NCBI GenBank assembly: GCA_041169145.1
Contig: JBEEJO010000001.1
Coordinates: 1-63,098 of the forward strand
Origin: Candidatus Parcubacteria bacterium
GTDB taxonomy: Bacteria; Patescibacteriota; Minisyncoccia; UBA6257; 2-01-FULL-56-20
Length of the DNA: 63,098 nucleotides
Reading direction: 5' to 3'
Shown here one piece after another: positions 1 to 9,278 of this stretch. How positions within the stretch are numbered: position 1 is the stretch's first letter; every line of letters begins with the position of its first letter. The position numbers and the translations under genes are program-made. The notes under the pieces were generated by a model that was not told where the DNA came from, ran no database searches, and worked only from the letters and a program-made list of their open reading frames with translations.

Positions 1-80
1 CGCGCCTCTATCAGCTCTAACAGTTTCTCCAGCGGCCCGGCATATCGCTCCAATTTCAATTCATACGGCGCAATGGTCAT
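1..80 (-). CDS. scpA: segregation and condensation protein A, N-terminal fragment running off the window
   Basis: Minus-strand ATG at 78-80 overlaps the upstream stop (ATGA). The translation MTIAPYELKLERYAGPLEKLLELIEAR fits the ScpA N-terminal GPLxxLLxLI motif. Confidence 0.55.
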   Translation of the reverse strand, partial: MTIAPYELKLERYAGPLEKLLELIEA

Positions 81-1480
81 GGTATGAGCGGAGCTTTTTC
101 CGGCACCGGAACCGGTTCATAGACGGTCTCCACATACTGTTTCAATGTTTCAATATCCGCGATGACGTTATCGGAACCGAGCGCGATGATGGCGATAGGC
201 CGGAGCTGGCCTTGAACGGAAACATTGAACATTGCTGCCATGGTTTCTTTCGCCGTTCCATTCTTGCCGATCTTTCCGCCAATGAAGCCGTCGGCGGCCG
301 TGAAGCCGTTCAGATTTTCAATGCCGCCCCACGCCGGGGACACACCCAGCTCTCGCAATACTTCCCCTGCCGATATTTTCAGGAAAAAACTTTGGTTCGT
401 GCGCAAATAGGCAAGAAGCGTGAACAGGTCTTCCGCCGTGGATACATTCTCGTGGCTTGCACCCGTCGCATCGGCGAAGTACGTGTCCTTCATGCCGAGC
501 GCTTCCGCTTTCATATTCATGAGTCGGACGATGCGTTCCTCGCCAAGTGTTTGCGCGAAAGCGGCCGCCGCTTCGTTCGAAGATTCCAACAGGAGCGGAT
601 AGAGCAAATCAAATGCCCGCACTTTTTGCCCGGGCCACAACCGCGGCTTTGATGTTGGGACCAGCATGTCCTTTGTGATGTCGATGGTCCTGTCCAGATT
701 GATGTATTCGGTAGCCACGAGCGCGGTGATGAATTTCGTAATGGAAGCGATCGGCACGACTACCTTCGCATCTTTCTCCGCGAAGACGAAGTTGCTCTGC
801 AGGTCCGCGACAAGGTATATCGCAGCGCTCGTTTGCGGGGGCTTTACCGCATACCGGAGCGCATCCGATACCGCCTCCGTCCTGAACACCAAGACCGGCA
901 TGCCGACCGTTGCGAGATCGTACACACGCTTCGCATCTTCAGTGCTCAGCCGGATACAGCCGCCGGAATAGCGCGACTCTACCGGCGTGCCATCGGGATA
1001 ATATGGCCACCCGTGGATGAAGAAATTCCCCTGGAACGGCAGAGACCACGGCATGTAGACGTTCGAAAATGCGGAAAAATGGTTCTTTTCCATGCCGTCG
1101 ACACGATAGAGACCCGCGGGGGTTTCCCACCATGAACCCGACTTGCCGATCGCGAGTATCGGTACGGCGAGCGCCGACTTGCCCGCCAGATAGACGGTCA
1201 ATCGCTTGTCTACCAAGTCCGCTTCGATGAAGTTCGCCTGTTCGGCGGTGAGCGAATCGCGCACCGAACGGAAAAAGTTCGGATTGGTGAGCGCAGGCCA
1301 ACTTCCGTACTGGAACACTCTCGTACTGTTCCCGCTGTCCGCAAGCACTACCTCATAGTTCTCTATCACCTCACGATAGTACCGTACGGCGACGAACGTC
1401 CCGACCGTAAGGATCATCATGACAAGCACGACGGCATAGAGCGGAACGGTGAACGATGCGAATCTGCGAAATTCTGCCAT
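77..1480 (-). CDS. fusion protein: N-terminal TM anchor, L,D-transpeptidase (YkuD) domain and serine-type D-Ala-D-Ala carboxypeptidase (PBP5/DacA-like) domain
   Basis: YkuD motif HGWPYYPDGTPVESRYSGGCIRL. Penicillin-binding motifs SITK (SxxK) and SSNE (SxN). N-terminal hydrophobic helix. Confidence 0.8.
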   Translation of the reverse strand: MAEFRRFASFTVPLYAVVLVMMILTVGTFVAVRYYREVIENYEVVLADSGNSTRVFQYGSWPALTNPNFFRSVRDSLTAEQANFIEADLVDKRLTVYLAGKSALAVPILAIGKSGSWWETPAGLYRVDGMEKNHFSAFSNVYMPWSLPFQGNFFIHGWPYYPDGTPVESRYSGGCIRLSTEDAKRVYDLATVGMPVLVFRTEAVSDALRYAVKPPQTSAAIYLVADLQSNFVFAEKDAKVVVPIASITKFITALVATEYINLDRTIDITKDMLVPTSKPRLWPGQKVRAFDLLYPLLLESSNEAAAAFAQTLGEERIVRLMNMKAEALGMKDTYFADATGASHENVSTAEDLFTLLAYLRTNQSFFLKISAGEVLRELGVSPAWGGIENLNGFTAADGFIGGKIGKNGTAKETMAAMFNVSVQGQLRPIAIIALGSDNVIADIETLKQYVETVYEPVPVPEKAPLIP

Positions 1481-1498
1481 GGATGGTTTTGCGCGTAT

Positions 1499-2830
1499 CT
1501 ATTGATAATACCGGTAATTGTTCGACGGATCCCACAGGAGCCATCCTGCGTAATGCTCGGTTCCGGCCAGGACATCGTCCGCCGCCTTGATCTGCGCCTT
1601 GATCTTCGCCGTATCGTACACGGCGCCGAGGTCGAACACCTGGAGCCACGGACGCAATTTCGCGACATGAATATCGTTCATCACGGTCGGTTCCCAGTCT
1701 ACCGTGGATGTCGCTGTCGATGTCGCCGTTTCTACGTTCGTGACGGATCGGACATACGCCGTGAGCTTTGCGAGTCCCGCGGTCATGGACGCCGCGATGA
1801 CCTCGTACGGATGCGCTGCCGGCTCCTTGAACCCGCCATATCCCGAAGCGAAGTGCGATGGATATACCATCGGACATACGTAGTCGAAATTCGCATAGGC
1901 ATCCTCTATCTTTTGGCCGATGCCAAGATCGTCGCTTGCGGACGTCGTGAGTCCGAAGAGATCGGCGGAGAGTTTCCGTGCCGGCAGCCGTTCACGAAGA
2001 TATTCGAAGAACGATGCAACGATCCGGTGCTGAGCGGTCTTTTCGTCCCAAAATGGAAATGAGGTGAGCGACAGATCGCCGTCCGACGGAAACCGAATGT
2101 AGTCAAAATTCACTTCATCAAACCCTCGCGCAAATGCATCGCGCGCCAGCGCAACGTGATAATCCCAAACCGGCTTGGCAGCCGTGTCCATCCACGCGAG
2201 TCCCTTCCGATCGGTCCATACCTTTCCCGTATTCTTGTTCTGCACCGCCCATTCCGGATGCGCTTTCGCGAGGAGCGGATCTTGGAATACGCTAATGCGT
2301 CCAATGACATAAATGCCTTTGTCGTGCAGCTCTTTGATGAGCGCGTTCGGCCGGGCAATGCGTATCTCATTCTCGGCCCCGATCGCGGCAACATCCGAAA
2401 TGCCTGTCCGGTACGCGACATACCCCGAGTAATCCTTGATATCGATGACCATCGCGTTCAGTTCCGTCCGGTCGACGAGCGAGGCGAGCGATGCCAGGCG
2501 CTTGCTTGAGCCCGCGGTCCAATTCGTCAAATAGATACCCTTCACGATCGCGGGCGGATTCGGCAATGGCTGTTGCGGAGGCAGATCCGTGACGCCGATC
2601 GGCTGTGAAATCCCCTGCGTGCTGCTTGCGGTCGGAAGAGGCGCCTCGGGAATTCCCGGAACACTTGTCGTGTTCGTAGGCCCCTGCGCGGTATTTCCCG
2701 CGATATCTGCCGATCCGGTCGGTACGATGGATACCGTGCGGTCGGGCAATAACAAAAAAACCGCGGCGATCAATCCGAAGATCGCCACGCCGAGCACGAT
2801 ACTTCCCCTTCTCCTCGTCGCAGTATCCAT
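1499..2830 (-). CDS. membrane-anchored putative glycoside hydrolase (DUF4015/GHL-type TIM barrel)
   Basis: N-terminal TM helix followed by a Pro/Thr-rich linker. IKGIYLTNWTAGS...NAMVIDIKDYSGYVAY and FDEVNFDYIRFPSDGD resemble the DUF4015 family. Confidence 0.6.
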   Translation of the reverse strand: MDTATRRRGSIVLGVAIFGLIAAVFLLLPDRTVSIVPTGSADIAGNTAQGPTNTTSVPGIPEAPLPTASSTQGISQPIGVTDLPPQQPLPNPPAIVKGIYLTNWTAGSSKRLASLASLVDRTELNAMVIDIKDYSGYVAYRTGISDVAAIGAENEIRIARPNALIKELHDKGIYVIGRISVFQDPLLAKAHPEWAVQNKNTGKVWTDRKGLAWMDTAAKPVWDYHVALARDAFARGFDEVNFDYIRFPSDGDLSLTSFPFWDEKTAQHRIVASFFEYLRERLPARKLSADLFGLTTSASDDLGIGQKIEDAYANFDYVCPMVYPSHFASGYGGFKEPAAHPYEVIAASMTAGLAKLTAYVRSVTNVETATSTATSTVDWEPTVMNDIHVAKLRPWLQVFDLGAVYDTAKIKAQIKAADDVLAGTEHYAGWLLWDPSNNYRYYQ

Positions 2831-2851
2831 ATCCTTTCTGCGCTGATTACC

Positions 2852-2879
2852 TTGCTATTATAGGCCATTTCCTGATAAT
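2852..2879 (+). promoter_or_regulatory. sigma70-like promoter TTGCTA-16-GATAAT, 10 nt upstream of the dnaX ATG
   Basis: Hexamers at 2852-2857 and 2874-2879. No SD between the -10 and the ATG at 2890. Confidence 0.5.
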
Positions 2880-2889
2880 AGAAAGTGCT

Positions 2890-4002
2890 ATGGGATTGGC
2901 ACTCTATCGGAAATATCGCCCGCGGAAGCTCGATGACCTGCTCGGCCAGGATATGAACGTGCAGATCCTCAAGGATGCCGCGCGCCAGGACCGGCTCGGC
3001 CAGGCTTATCTTTTTTACGGTCCTCGCGGCACCGGCAAAACATCAACCGCCCGGCTCATCGCAAAACTCGCGAACTGCGAAAAGCGGCATACGGACCCGA
3101 AATTCCGGGAGCTCGGCGAACCCTGCAACGCATGCCGCATCTGCAAGGAGATCGAGGCGAACGCGTCGCTTGGCGTCATAGAAATAGACGCGGCGTCGAA
3201 CCGCGGCATCGACGAGATCCGCAACCTCAAAGAGGATATCCAGATGGCGCCCGCAGGCACGCTGCGCAAAGTCTATATCATTGACGAAGTTCATATGATG
3301 ACCCCCGCGGCGTTCAATGCGCTCTTGAAGACGCTGGAAGAACCTCCACGCCATGCGATGTTCATCCTTGCGACGACAGAATATGAGAAACTTCCGGCGA
3401 CCATCGTTTCGCGCACTCAGCGATTCTTGTTCAAAAAACTCTCTAAAGCAAAGATCCTGGAGAAACTGAAAGCGATCACAAAGGCGGAGAAGATCTCCGT
3501 CAATGACGACGCATTGGAGCTCGTTGCGGCGGCGGCGGACGGCAGCGTGCGGGATGCCGAATCGCTCTTGGAGCAGCTTTCATCACTTGCGGCGAAGATC
3601 GATCTCAAAACGGCCGAACACATCACCGGTCGGACCGGTTTCAAAACCGTTGATGCGCTTGCCGAACTGATATTGCGGCGCGATCTGAAGAACGCGCTGA
3701 ATTACGTCGCGCATCTCGGCGAAGAAGGCGTGAATATCGTCCAGTTGGTCCGCGACCTCATTCACTATATGCGGAAGATCGTTACGCTGAATCTTTCGCC
3801 CGACGTCGAGTACGTATTCCATACGGAACTGACCGGCGAAGAAGTGAAGCGGCTCGTAGCGCTCGCAAAGCTCACGGAACCCGCCCGCGACCTGAAACTT
3901 ATCCATGCGCTTATCCGCGCGTATGCGGAAATGCGCTATTCGCCGTTCCACAGCGTTCCGCTCGAGATCGCCCTCATAGAATATCTCAATTCGCCGCAGT
4001 AG
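2890..4002 (+). CDS. dnaX: DNA polymerase III subunit gamma/tau
   Basis: YRKYRPRKLDDLLGQ, Walker A GPRGTGKTSTARL, zinc module CNACRIC, DEVHMM box. Confidence 0.9.
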   Translation: MGLALYRKYRPRKLDDLLGQDMNVQILKDAARQDRLGQAYLFYGPRGTGKTSTARLIAKLANCEKRHTDPKFRELGEPCNACRICKEIEANASLGVIEIDAASNRGIDEIRNLKEDIQMAPAGTLRKVYIIDEVHMMTPAAFNALLKTLEEPPRHAMFILATTEYEKLPATIVSRTQRFLFKKLSKAKILEKLKAITKAEKISVNDDALELVAAAADGSVRDAESLLEQLSSLAAKIDLKTAEHITGRTGFKTVDALAELILRRDLKNALNYVAHLGEEGVNIVQLVRDLIHYMRKIVTLNLSPDVEYVFHTELTGEEVKRLVALAKLTEPARDLKLIHALIRAYAEMRYSPFHSVPLEIALIEYLNSPQ

Positions 4003-4005
4003 CTT

Positions 4006-4401
4006 TTAGCGCTCCTTCTTCTGCCGCGATCGCCGGCGTTCTTCCGCTGCTCTGACCTCGTACTCGTCCAATCCGAGGAAATGCGCGACCTCGTGCCATA
4101 TGGTGTCGCGCACAACCTCGCGGACATCCATTCCGTTTTCCGCCGCTTCATCTTCCGACGGCTCTTGGAACAGCACGATGCGTCCGGGAAATTCCCACGG
4201 CCCGCTTCCCCGCTCGCCAAGCGTTACGCCATCAAAAAGCCCGAGGAGCGTATCCCTCTCGGGAACGTCGTGTTCGCGAAGTTCTTCCGTGGTCGGCTTT
4301 ATCCTGGCCACGAATACGACATTCGCCAGGTCTTTCCGGAATCGCTCCGGTATGCGAGCGACCTCTTCTGCAACAAGCCGTTCGAATTGGCGCAACGTCA
4401 T
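4006..4401 (-). CDS. zincin-like metallopeptidase family protein (DUF1025/Zincin_1)
   Basis: C-terminal HEVAHFLGLDE motif and the typical 130-aa size. Confidence 0.65.
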   Translation of the reverse strand: MTLRQFERLVAEEVARIPERFRKDLANVVFVARIKPTTEELREHDVPERDTLLGLFDGVTLGERGSGPWEFPGRIVLFQEPSEDEAAENGMDVREVVRDTIWHEVAHFLGLDEYEVRAAEERRRSRQKKER

Positions 4402-4436
4402 TCCGCCGCTATGATGCGTTTTCGCCTTGCGACGGG

Positions 4437-4688
4437 CTATCGCACGCCAAAGTCCATCGACTGCCCATCTTTCGACTCCTTCTTGACCGTTTCTATGTTG
4501 GTTTCCAAGGCCTTCATGCGACGTTCAAGCTGGTCGATCACGCCCATCCTTCGTTCAAATTCGTATATGGAGCCGCCGGCGCTTCGCTCGATATTCACGA
4601 TACGGCGCTCGAGCGCTTCAACGCTCTTCGTAAGCGAAGCGAGCTCGCGCTCCAGATTACGAATATCGGATTCCAGATGGTCCGTCAT
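4437..4688 (-). CDS. hypothetical coiled-coil protein
   Basis: 83-aa ORF with heptad-like Leu/Glu/Arg pattern. Co-oriented in the gap between frr and the metallopeptidase gene. Confidence 0.4.
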   Translation of the reverse strand: MTDHLESDIRNLERELASLTKSVEALERRIVNIERSAGGSIYEFERRMGVIDQLERRMKALETNIETVKKESKDGQSMDFGVR

Positions 4689-4701
4689 GTGTTTGTACTG
4701 T

Positions 4702-5253
4702 TTATTCTACAAGTTCCGCGAGTTTAGATGCAAGTTGGGATTCCACTTTCGCATTCACCCCTTCCACCACTTTTTGCGCGGCTTCTTTTGCCTTGAATGC
4801 CGCGTCTTCCGTCAATTCTTTCCTGTCCTGCGCGGCTTTCATCTTTTTCATAACTTCGTCGCGATGCGTTCGGATCTGGATGCGCGCGGTTTCCGCCATC
4901 TTTTTCGCAAGCCGTGCGAATTCCTCCCGCCGCTCGTCGGTTAGGGCTGGCAATGTCACCCGAATACTATTGCCGTCATTCGCCACGGAAAGCCCCGGAC
5001 GTCCATCCTGAATGGCTTTGGCAACGGTGTTTATGACCGAAGCATCCCAGAGCGCGACCAGAATATCCCGCGGCGGGCGTATGGTGATGGATCCCATCTG
5101 TTTTACCGTCATCGTCTGGTTATATGCCACGACCGGAAGATCTTCCACAAGCTGCGGATTGGGACGATTGCTCCGCACGCCCTGTAACTCGTTCACAAAA
5201 CGCTCGAGGACCGCGCGAAGCGCACTATCAAGTTCTTTGCTGTAGATATCCAT
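4702..5253 (-). CDS. frr: ribosome recycling factor
   Basis: 183 aa. Contains VRSNRPNPQLVEDL, LTDERREEFARLAKK and IRTHRDE, typical of RRF. Confidence 0.92.
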   Translation of the reverse strand: MDIYSKELDSALRAVLERFVNELQGVRSNRPNPQLVEDLPVVAYNQTMTVKQMGSITIRPPRDILVALWDASVINTVAKAIQDGRPGLSVANDGNSIRVTLPALTDERREEFARLAKKMAETARIQIRTHRDEVMKKMKAAQDRKELTEDAAFKAKEAAQKVVEGVNAKVESQLASKLAELVE

Positions 5254-5267
5254 GCGTATCAGATGTT

Positions 5268-6128
5268 TTATGTGAGGTGTTCAGCAAGCGCAGTGAGCTG
5301 GAGCCGTGGATTCAGATTATAGGAATCTTCATTTTGCCGCAATTCCATGAGGCGATGCCATAGGACCGACTGCTTCTTCGCCGCCGCCTCATCGGGGAAA
5401 AGCGTGATAACGAGCGTTTCCAAAAAAACGCCGAATGAAAATGTTTCGGTACTCACCAGTTCTTTTACATATTCGTTCCGCGCGCGACCGCGGAGGCGCA
5501 GATATTCGCGCACATCTTGCTCTCGCGCTTTCCAATCCCCGTCCTTCGCGAACATGAGCGCTCTGCCGGGGGCGCCCTGGGAACGATCTGCGGCGCGACG
5601 CGCCTCTTCATGTTTCACGCCGTGTTCGCTGACAAGCCACTGCGCGATGGCCTCGGCCGGCACCGGGCTTACATAGATCCCCTGCAAACGTGAACGAACC
5701 GTCGGCAACAGCCGTTCCGGATCGTCCACGACGAGCATGATGAGCGAGCGCAGATTCGGCTCCTCCGCTATTTTCAATAATGCGTTCTCCGCCGATGGCG
5801 TGAGCAGTTCGCCGTTCTCCAAGACCACCGTGCGCACCGAGCTTCGATTCGGCGCTTGAGCGAGGAACGCACGTATCGTGCGCACCGCGTCGATACCCAC
5901 CGACTCACCACCCTCTCCGGACAGTCGGACGCGCAACAGGTCGCCGAGCATGGGCGGTTTTTCTTCATGCCAATCGAACACGCCGGTTTCCAGATAATTC
6001 GCGAGCGCAAGAGCAACGGTCGCCTTGCCCACGCGCCGGGGTCCGAAAAGCAAGTAGCCGTGCGCAAGCTGCCGCTTGTCCGCAAGCTGCGTGAATCGCC
6101 GTATAAGATCGTGATGGCCGATGAGCAT
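5268..6128 (-). CDS. holB: DNA polymerase III subunit delta prime
   Basis: LAHGYLLFGPRRVGKATVALALANYLE clamp-loader P-loop-like motif. Start moved to ATG 6128 because the longer ORF overlaps mreB. Confidence 0.7.
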   Translation of the reverse strand: MLIGHHDLIRRFTQLADKRQLAHGYLLFGPRRVGKATVALALANYLETGVFDWHEEKPPMLGDLLRVRLSGEGGESVGIDAVRTIRAFLAQAPNRSSVRTVVLENGELLTPSAENALLKIAEEPNLRSLIMLVVDDPERLLPTVRSRLQGIYVSPVPAEAIAQWLVSEHGVKHEEARRAADRSQGAPGRALMFAKDGDWKAREQDVREYLRLRGRARNEYVKELVSTETFSFGVFLETLVITLFPDEAAAKKQSVLWHRLMELRQNEDSYNLNPRLQLTALAEHLT

Positions 6129-6198
6129 CGTGATGGGATTCGGAATGTGACGCGTTCCGATAATTCCATTCTCCCTTTTCTGTTGCTCAAATTCCAGC

Positions 6199-7212
6199 CT
6201 ACCGTTTATTGAGCAACGTCTGCTTATAGGTATCCAGATGGTCCAGAATGAGCCCGGTGCCTTTCGCAACGCAGAACAGCGGGTCTTCGGCGACATAGGC
6301 CGGCACGCCCAAGAATCGTTCAAAGAATTCCGGCAGATGATGGAGCTGGGCCGAGCCGCCCGAAAGGATGATGCCCTTGCTCATGATATCCGCCACGAGT
6401 TCCGGCGGCGTGTTGTTGAACACGTTCTGCACCGAGCCGGCGATTTCTATAAGGTGCGGATTCAATGCTTCCGCTATTTCGTTCGAGCTGATGACGATAT
6501 CCTTCGGCAAACCGTTCACAAGATTGCGGCCGCGGACCTGATACTCCATTTTGTCCTTTGTCGGAAGCGCCGAACCGATGGCGATCTTCACCTGCTCGGA
6601 GGTCTGCTCGCCTATGGCGAGGGCGTATTTCTTCTTGATATAGTCCGAAAGCGCCTGGTCGAATTTATTACCGGCGACGCGAAGCGATGCCCATGACACG
6701 ATGTTCCCAAGCGCAATGACCGCGACCTCGGACGTGCCGCCGCCCATATTGATGATCATATGGCCCGAACGCGCGTTGATGGGAATTCCTGACCCGAGCG
6801 CGGCAAGAACCGGTTCGCGGACGATGAAGACGTTCTTCGCGCCGGATTCCATTGCGGCGTTCACAACGGCGCGCCGTTCCGTCTGCGTGATGCCTGCCGG
6901 AACGGAAATGATGACGTCCGGTTTGAATATGTTGAACCGTCCGGTTGCTTTGCTGATGAAATAGGTAAGGAGCGCTTTTGTGATGTAGTAATCGGCGATA
7001 ACGCCATCCTTCAAGGGCCGGTACGCGATGATCTCCTCGGACGTGCGTCCGATCATCTCCTTCGCTTCGCTACCGACTGCCATCACGGTATTCCCCGGGC
7101 GGCGGAGCGCCACGATCGTGGGTTCGTTGATGATAAACCCGCGTCCGGGCACGAAAACCACCGTGTTCGCGGTGCCCAAATCAATGCCGATTTTGCGCGT
7201 TAATACGGCCAT
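6199..7212 (-). CDS. mreB: rod shape-determining actin homologue MreB
   Basis: IGIDLGTANTVVF phosphate-1 motif, MGGGTSEVAV, SGGSAQL. 337 aa. Confidence 0.93.
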   Translation of the reverse strand: MAVLTRKIGIDLGTANTVVFVPGRGFIINEPTIVALRRPGNTVMAVGSEAKEMIGRTSEEIIAYRPLKDGVIADYYITKALLTYFISKATGRFNIFKPDVIISVPAGITQTERRAVVNAAMESGAKNVFIVREPVLAALGSGIPINARSGHMIINMGGGTSEVAVIALGNIVSWASLRVAGNKFDQALSDYIKKKYALAIGEQTSEQVKIAIGSALPTKDKMEYQVRGRNLVNGLPKDIVISSNEIAEALNPHLIEIAGSVQNVFNNTPPELVADIMSKGIILSGGSAQLHHLPEFFERFLGVPAYVAEDPLFCVAKGTGLILDHLDTYKQTLLNKR

Positions 7213-7340
7213 AAAAGCAGGGATACTATACCTCCATTTTTACCCTACGACAAGCCCGCCGACTTTAAAAGCGAAACGCTCCGCTCACGCCGGAGGCATC
7301 TGAGTTTTACCGAATCCGGCCATCACAAAAACCGGGGCAT

Positions 7341-8858
7341 TTACATGCCTTTCAGGATATCTATCCTCGCGCCAAGCTTGTTCAACCGGTTCACGAGATC
7401 TTCATATCCGCGATTGATGGAATACACGTTCCGCAGAATGGACGTACCGCGCGCGGCAAGCATGCCGATCAACACGATAACTGCCGGGCGAAGCGCGGGC
7501 GGACAAACAACTTCCGCACCGCGAAGCTCCGTCGGGCCCTCGATATAGACACGATGCGGATCCGCAAGAATGATGTTCGCATTGAGCTTCGCGAGTTCCA
7601 TATAGTAGATGGCGCGGTTCTCGTAGACCCAATCGTGAATGAGCGTCGTTCCTTTCGCTTGCGTCGCAACGGGCACGAAGAACGGCAGATTGTCTATGTT
7701 CAGCCCGGGATACGGCTGAGCGTGAAGTTTCTCTTCAAGCGCAACGAGTTTGGACGGAAGGGTCTTGATATCAACAAGATTCGCCTCGCCGTTCCGGGCC
7801 TTATATCGGCGCAGGATCTTGTACCGGAATCCCATCTTCTCGAGCCTTAACAATTCCATCTCCAAGAAATCAATGGGGCATCGTTCAATGGTAAGCGATG
7901 AGCGAGTCGTCGCGGCAATGGAAAGGAAGAGCATCGCTTCGATGGGGTCCTCGCTCGGCTCGTATGCGACATCTGCGCGAATATCACGCTTGCCATGCAC
8001 GGTCATTGTGGTCGTTCCGATGCCATCCACGCGCACGCCGAGCTTCTCGAGGAACCGCGCAACATCTTGCACCTGATAGTTCGCTGAGGCGAATTTAATG
8101 ACGGTCTTGCCCGGCACGCGCGCGGCGGCCATGAGCGCATTTTCCGTCACCGTATCGCCGGCTTCGTACAGCACAATATCGGCAGGGCGAAGCTTTGCAG
8201 CGGTGATGTGATAGTTGCCTTTCGTCGCAGAGATCTTCACGCCAAGCTTTTCTAATGCGAACAGATGCGGACGCACCGTCCGTCGGCCAAGCCGACAGCC
8301 GCCAGGATACGGTATGGCAAATGCCTGCAGTTCATGGATAAGCGGACCCATAAGCATCAGGACGCTCCGCGTTTTTATCGCCGATGCGATGTTCAATCTA
8401 TCCATCCGAAGCGTTTTTGGAGGAACGATCTCCACGTCGCTTTGGCCCGACCAGCGAACCGTAACGCCGATGGATTGGAGCACTTCTATCACCCGGTTCA
8501 CTTCTTCGATTTTCGGCATATTGCGAAGCGTCGTCTTGCCGCGGTTCAAGAGCGATGCGCAAAGCAACCCAACCGCCGAATTTTTTGATGTGTTCACGCG
8601 AACCGTGCCGGAAAGCTTCCGCCCGCCCTCGATACGGAAGCTCATCGCGCCGGATGACAGCGTGATGATATTGCGCTTCAATACGCGGCCGATCTTTGCG
8701 AGCGTCTCGGTCGTGAAATTCTGCTCACCCTTTTCCATTCGCGCAACGGCACTTTGGCTCGTGTGCAAAGCCTTTGCTAACTCCTCTTGCGTCATTCCCG
8801 CATGTTCGCGAAGCGTTTCTATAAATCTGCCGATCTGTATTTGTTCTTCGGTTTTCAT
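7341..8858 (-). CDS. murA: XRE-type HTH domain fused to UDP-N-acetylglucosamine 1-carboxyvinyltransferase
   Basis: Residues about 10-65 (MTQEELAKALHTSQSAVARMEKGEQNFTTETLAKIGRVL) form an XRE HTH. The rest aligns with MurA, including the PGGCRLGRR catalytic Cys loop and the C-terminal INRGYEDLVNRLNKLGA. Confidence 0.85.
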   Translation of the reverse strand: MKTEEQIQIGRFIETLREHAGMTQEELAKALHTSQSAVARMEKGEQNFTTETLAKIGRVLKRNIITLSSGAMSFRIEGGRKLSGTVRVNTSKNSAVGLLCASLLNRGKTTLRNMPKIEEVNRVIEVLQSIGVTVRWSGQSDVEIVPPKTLRMDRLNIASAIKTRSVLMLMGPLIHELQAFAIPYPGGCRLGRRTVRPHLFALEKLGVKISATKGNYHITAAKLRPADIVLYEAGDTVTENALMAAARVPGKTVIKFASANYQVQDVARFLEKLGVRVDGIGTTTMTVHGKRDIRADVAYEPSEDPIEAMLFLSIAATTRSSLTIERCPIDFLEMELLRLEKMGFRYKILRRYKARNGEANLVDIKTLPSKLVALEEKLHAQPYPGLNIDNLPFFVPVATQAKGTTLIHDWVYENRAIYYMELAKLNANIILADPHRVYIEGPTELRGAEVVCPPALRPAVIVLIGMLAARGTSILRNVYSINRGYEDLVNRLNKLGARIDILKGM

Positions 8859-8864
8859 ATAAAT

Positions 8865-8893
8865 AGCATATCACATATGATATATTTGTTCAA
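8865..8893 (-). promoter_or_regulatory. promoter TTGAAC-17-TATGCT placed 6 nt before the murA ATG (leaderless geometry)
   Basis: Plus-strand gttcaa at 8888-8893 and agcata at 8865-8870. Only ataaat lies between the -10 and the start codon. Confidence 0.55.
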
Positions 8894-9264
8894 TGATGCA
8901 CGAGGAACCCCGTGCGGTCGCAGTTATGGATATGCTTGCAACCGGATCGCCTCTGTGGTACTGTGCGTGACGGTTCGTTGTAACGGCTTCCGGTCGGCAA
9001 ATGCGTTTCGGGTCCCGCCTGAGCGCGCCCGCCCCCGTTCGCGACGGGAGGGAATGTGCTCCCCTACAGCGCACTATGCATATCGCAGGACGTTCTGCGA
9101 ACCAGCCGGCCGTGCCCTCACAAGGGGTACTCCACTCCCTAAGCCGTGGATGGGATGGGCTCATAACCCGCCATCCGCGTCAATCGGAGGAAATGCCGGT
9201 CTTCATCATCCCTACAAATACATTACCCCCAGAAGCAGTCGCTTCTGGGGTGCGTTCTTTTTTT
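8894..9264 (+). ncRNA. candidate structured non-coding RNA of unknown class (about 370 nt)
   Basis: 420-bp gap without a credible ORF. Extended -10 (tgaTATATT, 8878-8886) at the left end, many local GC hairpins, and an intrinsic terminator at the right end on the plus strand. Confidence 0.35.
9227..9264 (+). terminator. rho-independent terminator
   Basis: Stem ccccagaagc/gcttctgggg with loop agtc, followed by tgcgttcttttttt. Confidence 0.7.
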
Positions 9265-9278
9265 GGGCAAAACAAAGC

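Noticed and set aside
8894-9264. Calling the intergenic RNA candidate RNase P RNA or tmRNA on the basis of size.
   Set aside because: On neither strand could I find GAGGAAAGUCC paired with ACAGAAnnCGGCUUA in the right order, which RNase P RNA requires. I also found no GGGG...5' end plus GGUUCGAnUCC...CCA tRNA-like 3' end, nor a tag ORF, which tmRNA requires. The class is left open pending a covariance-model search.
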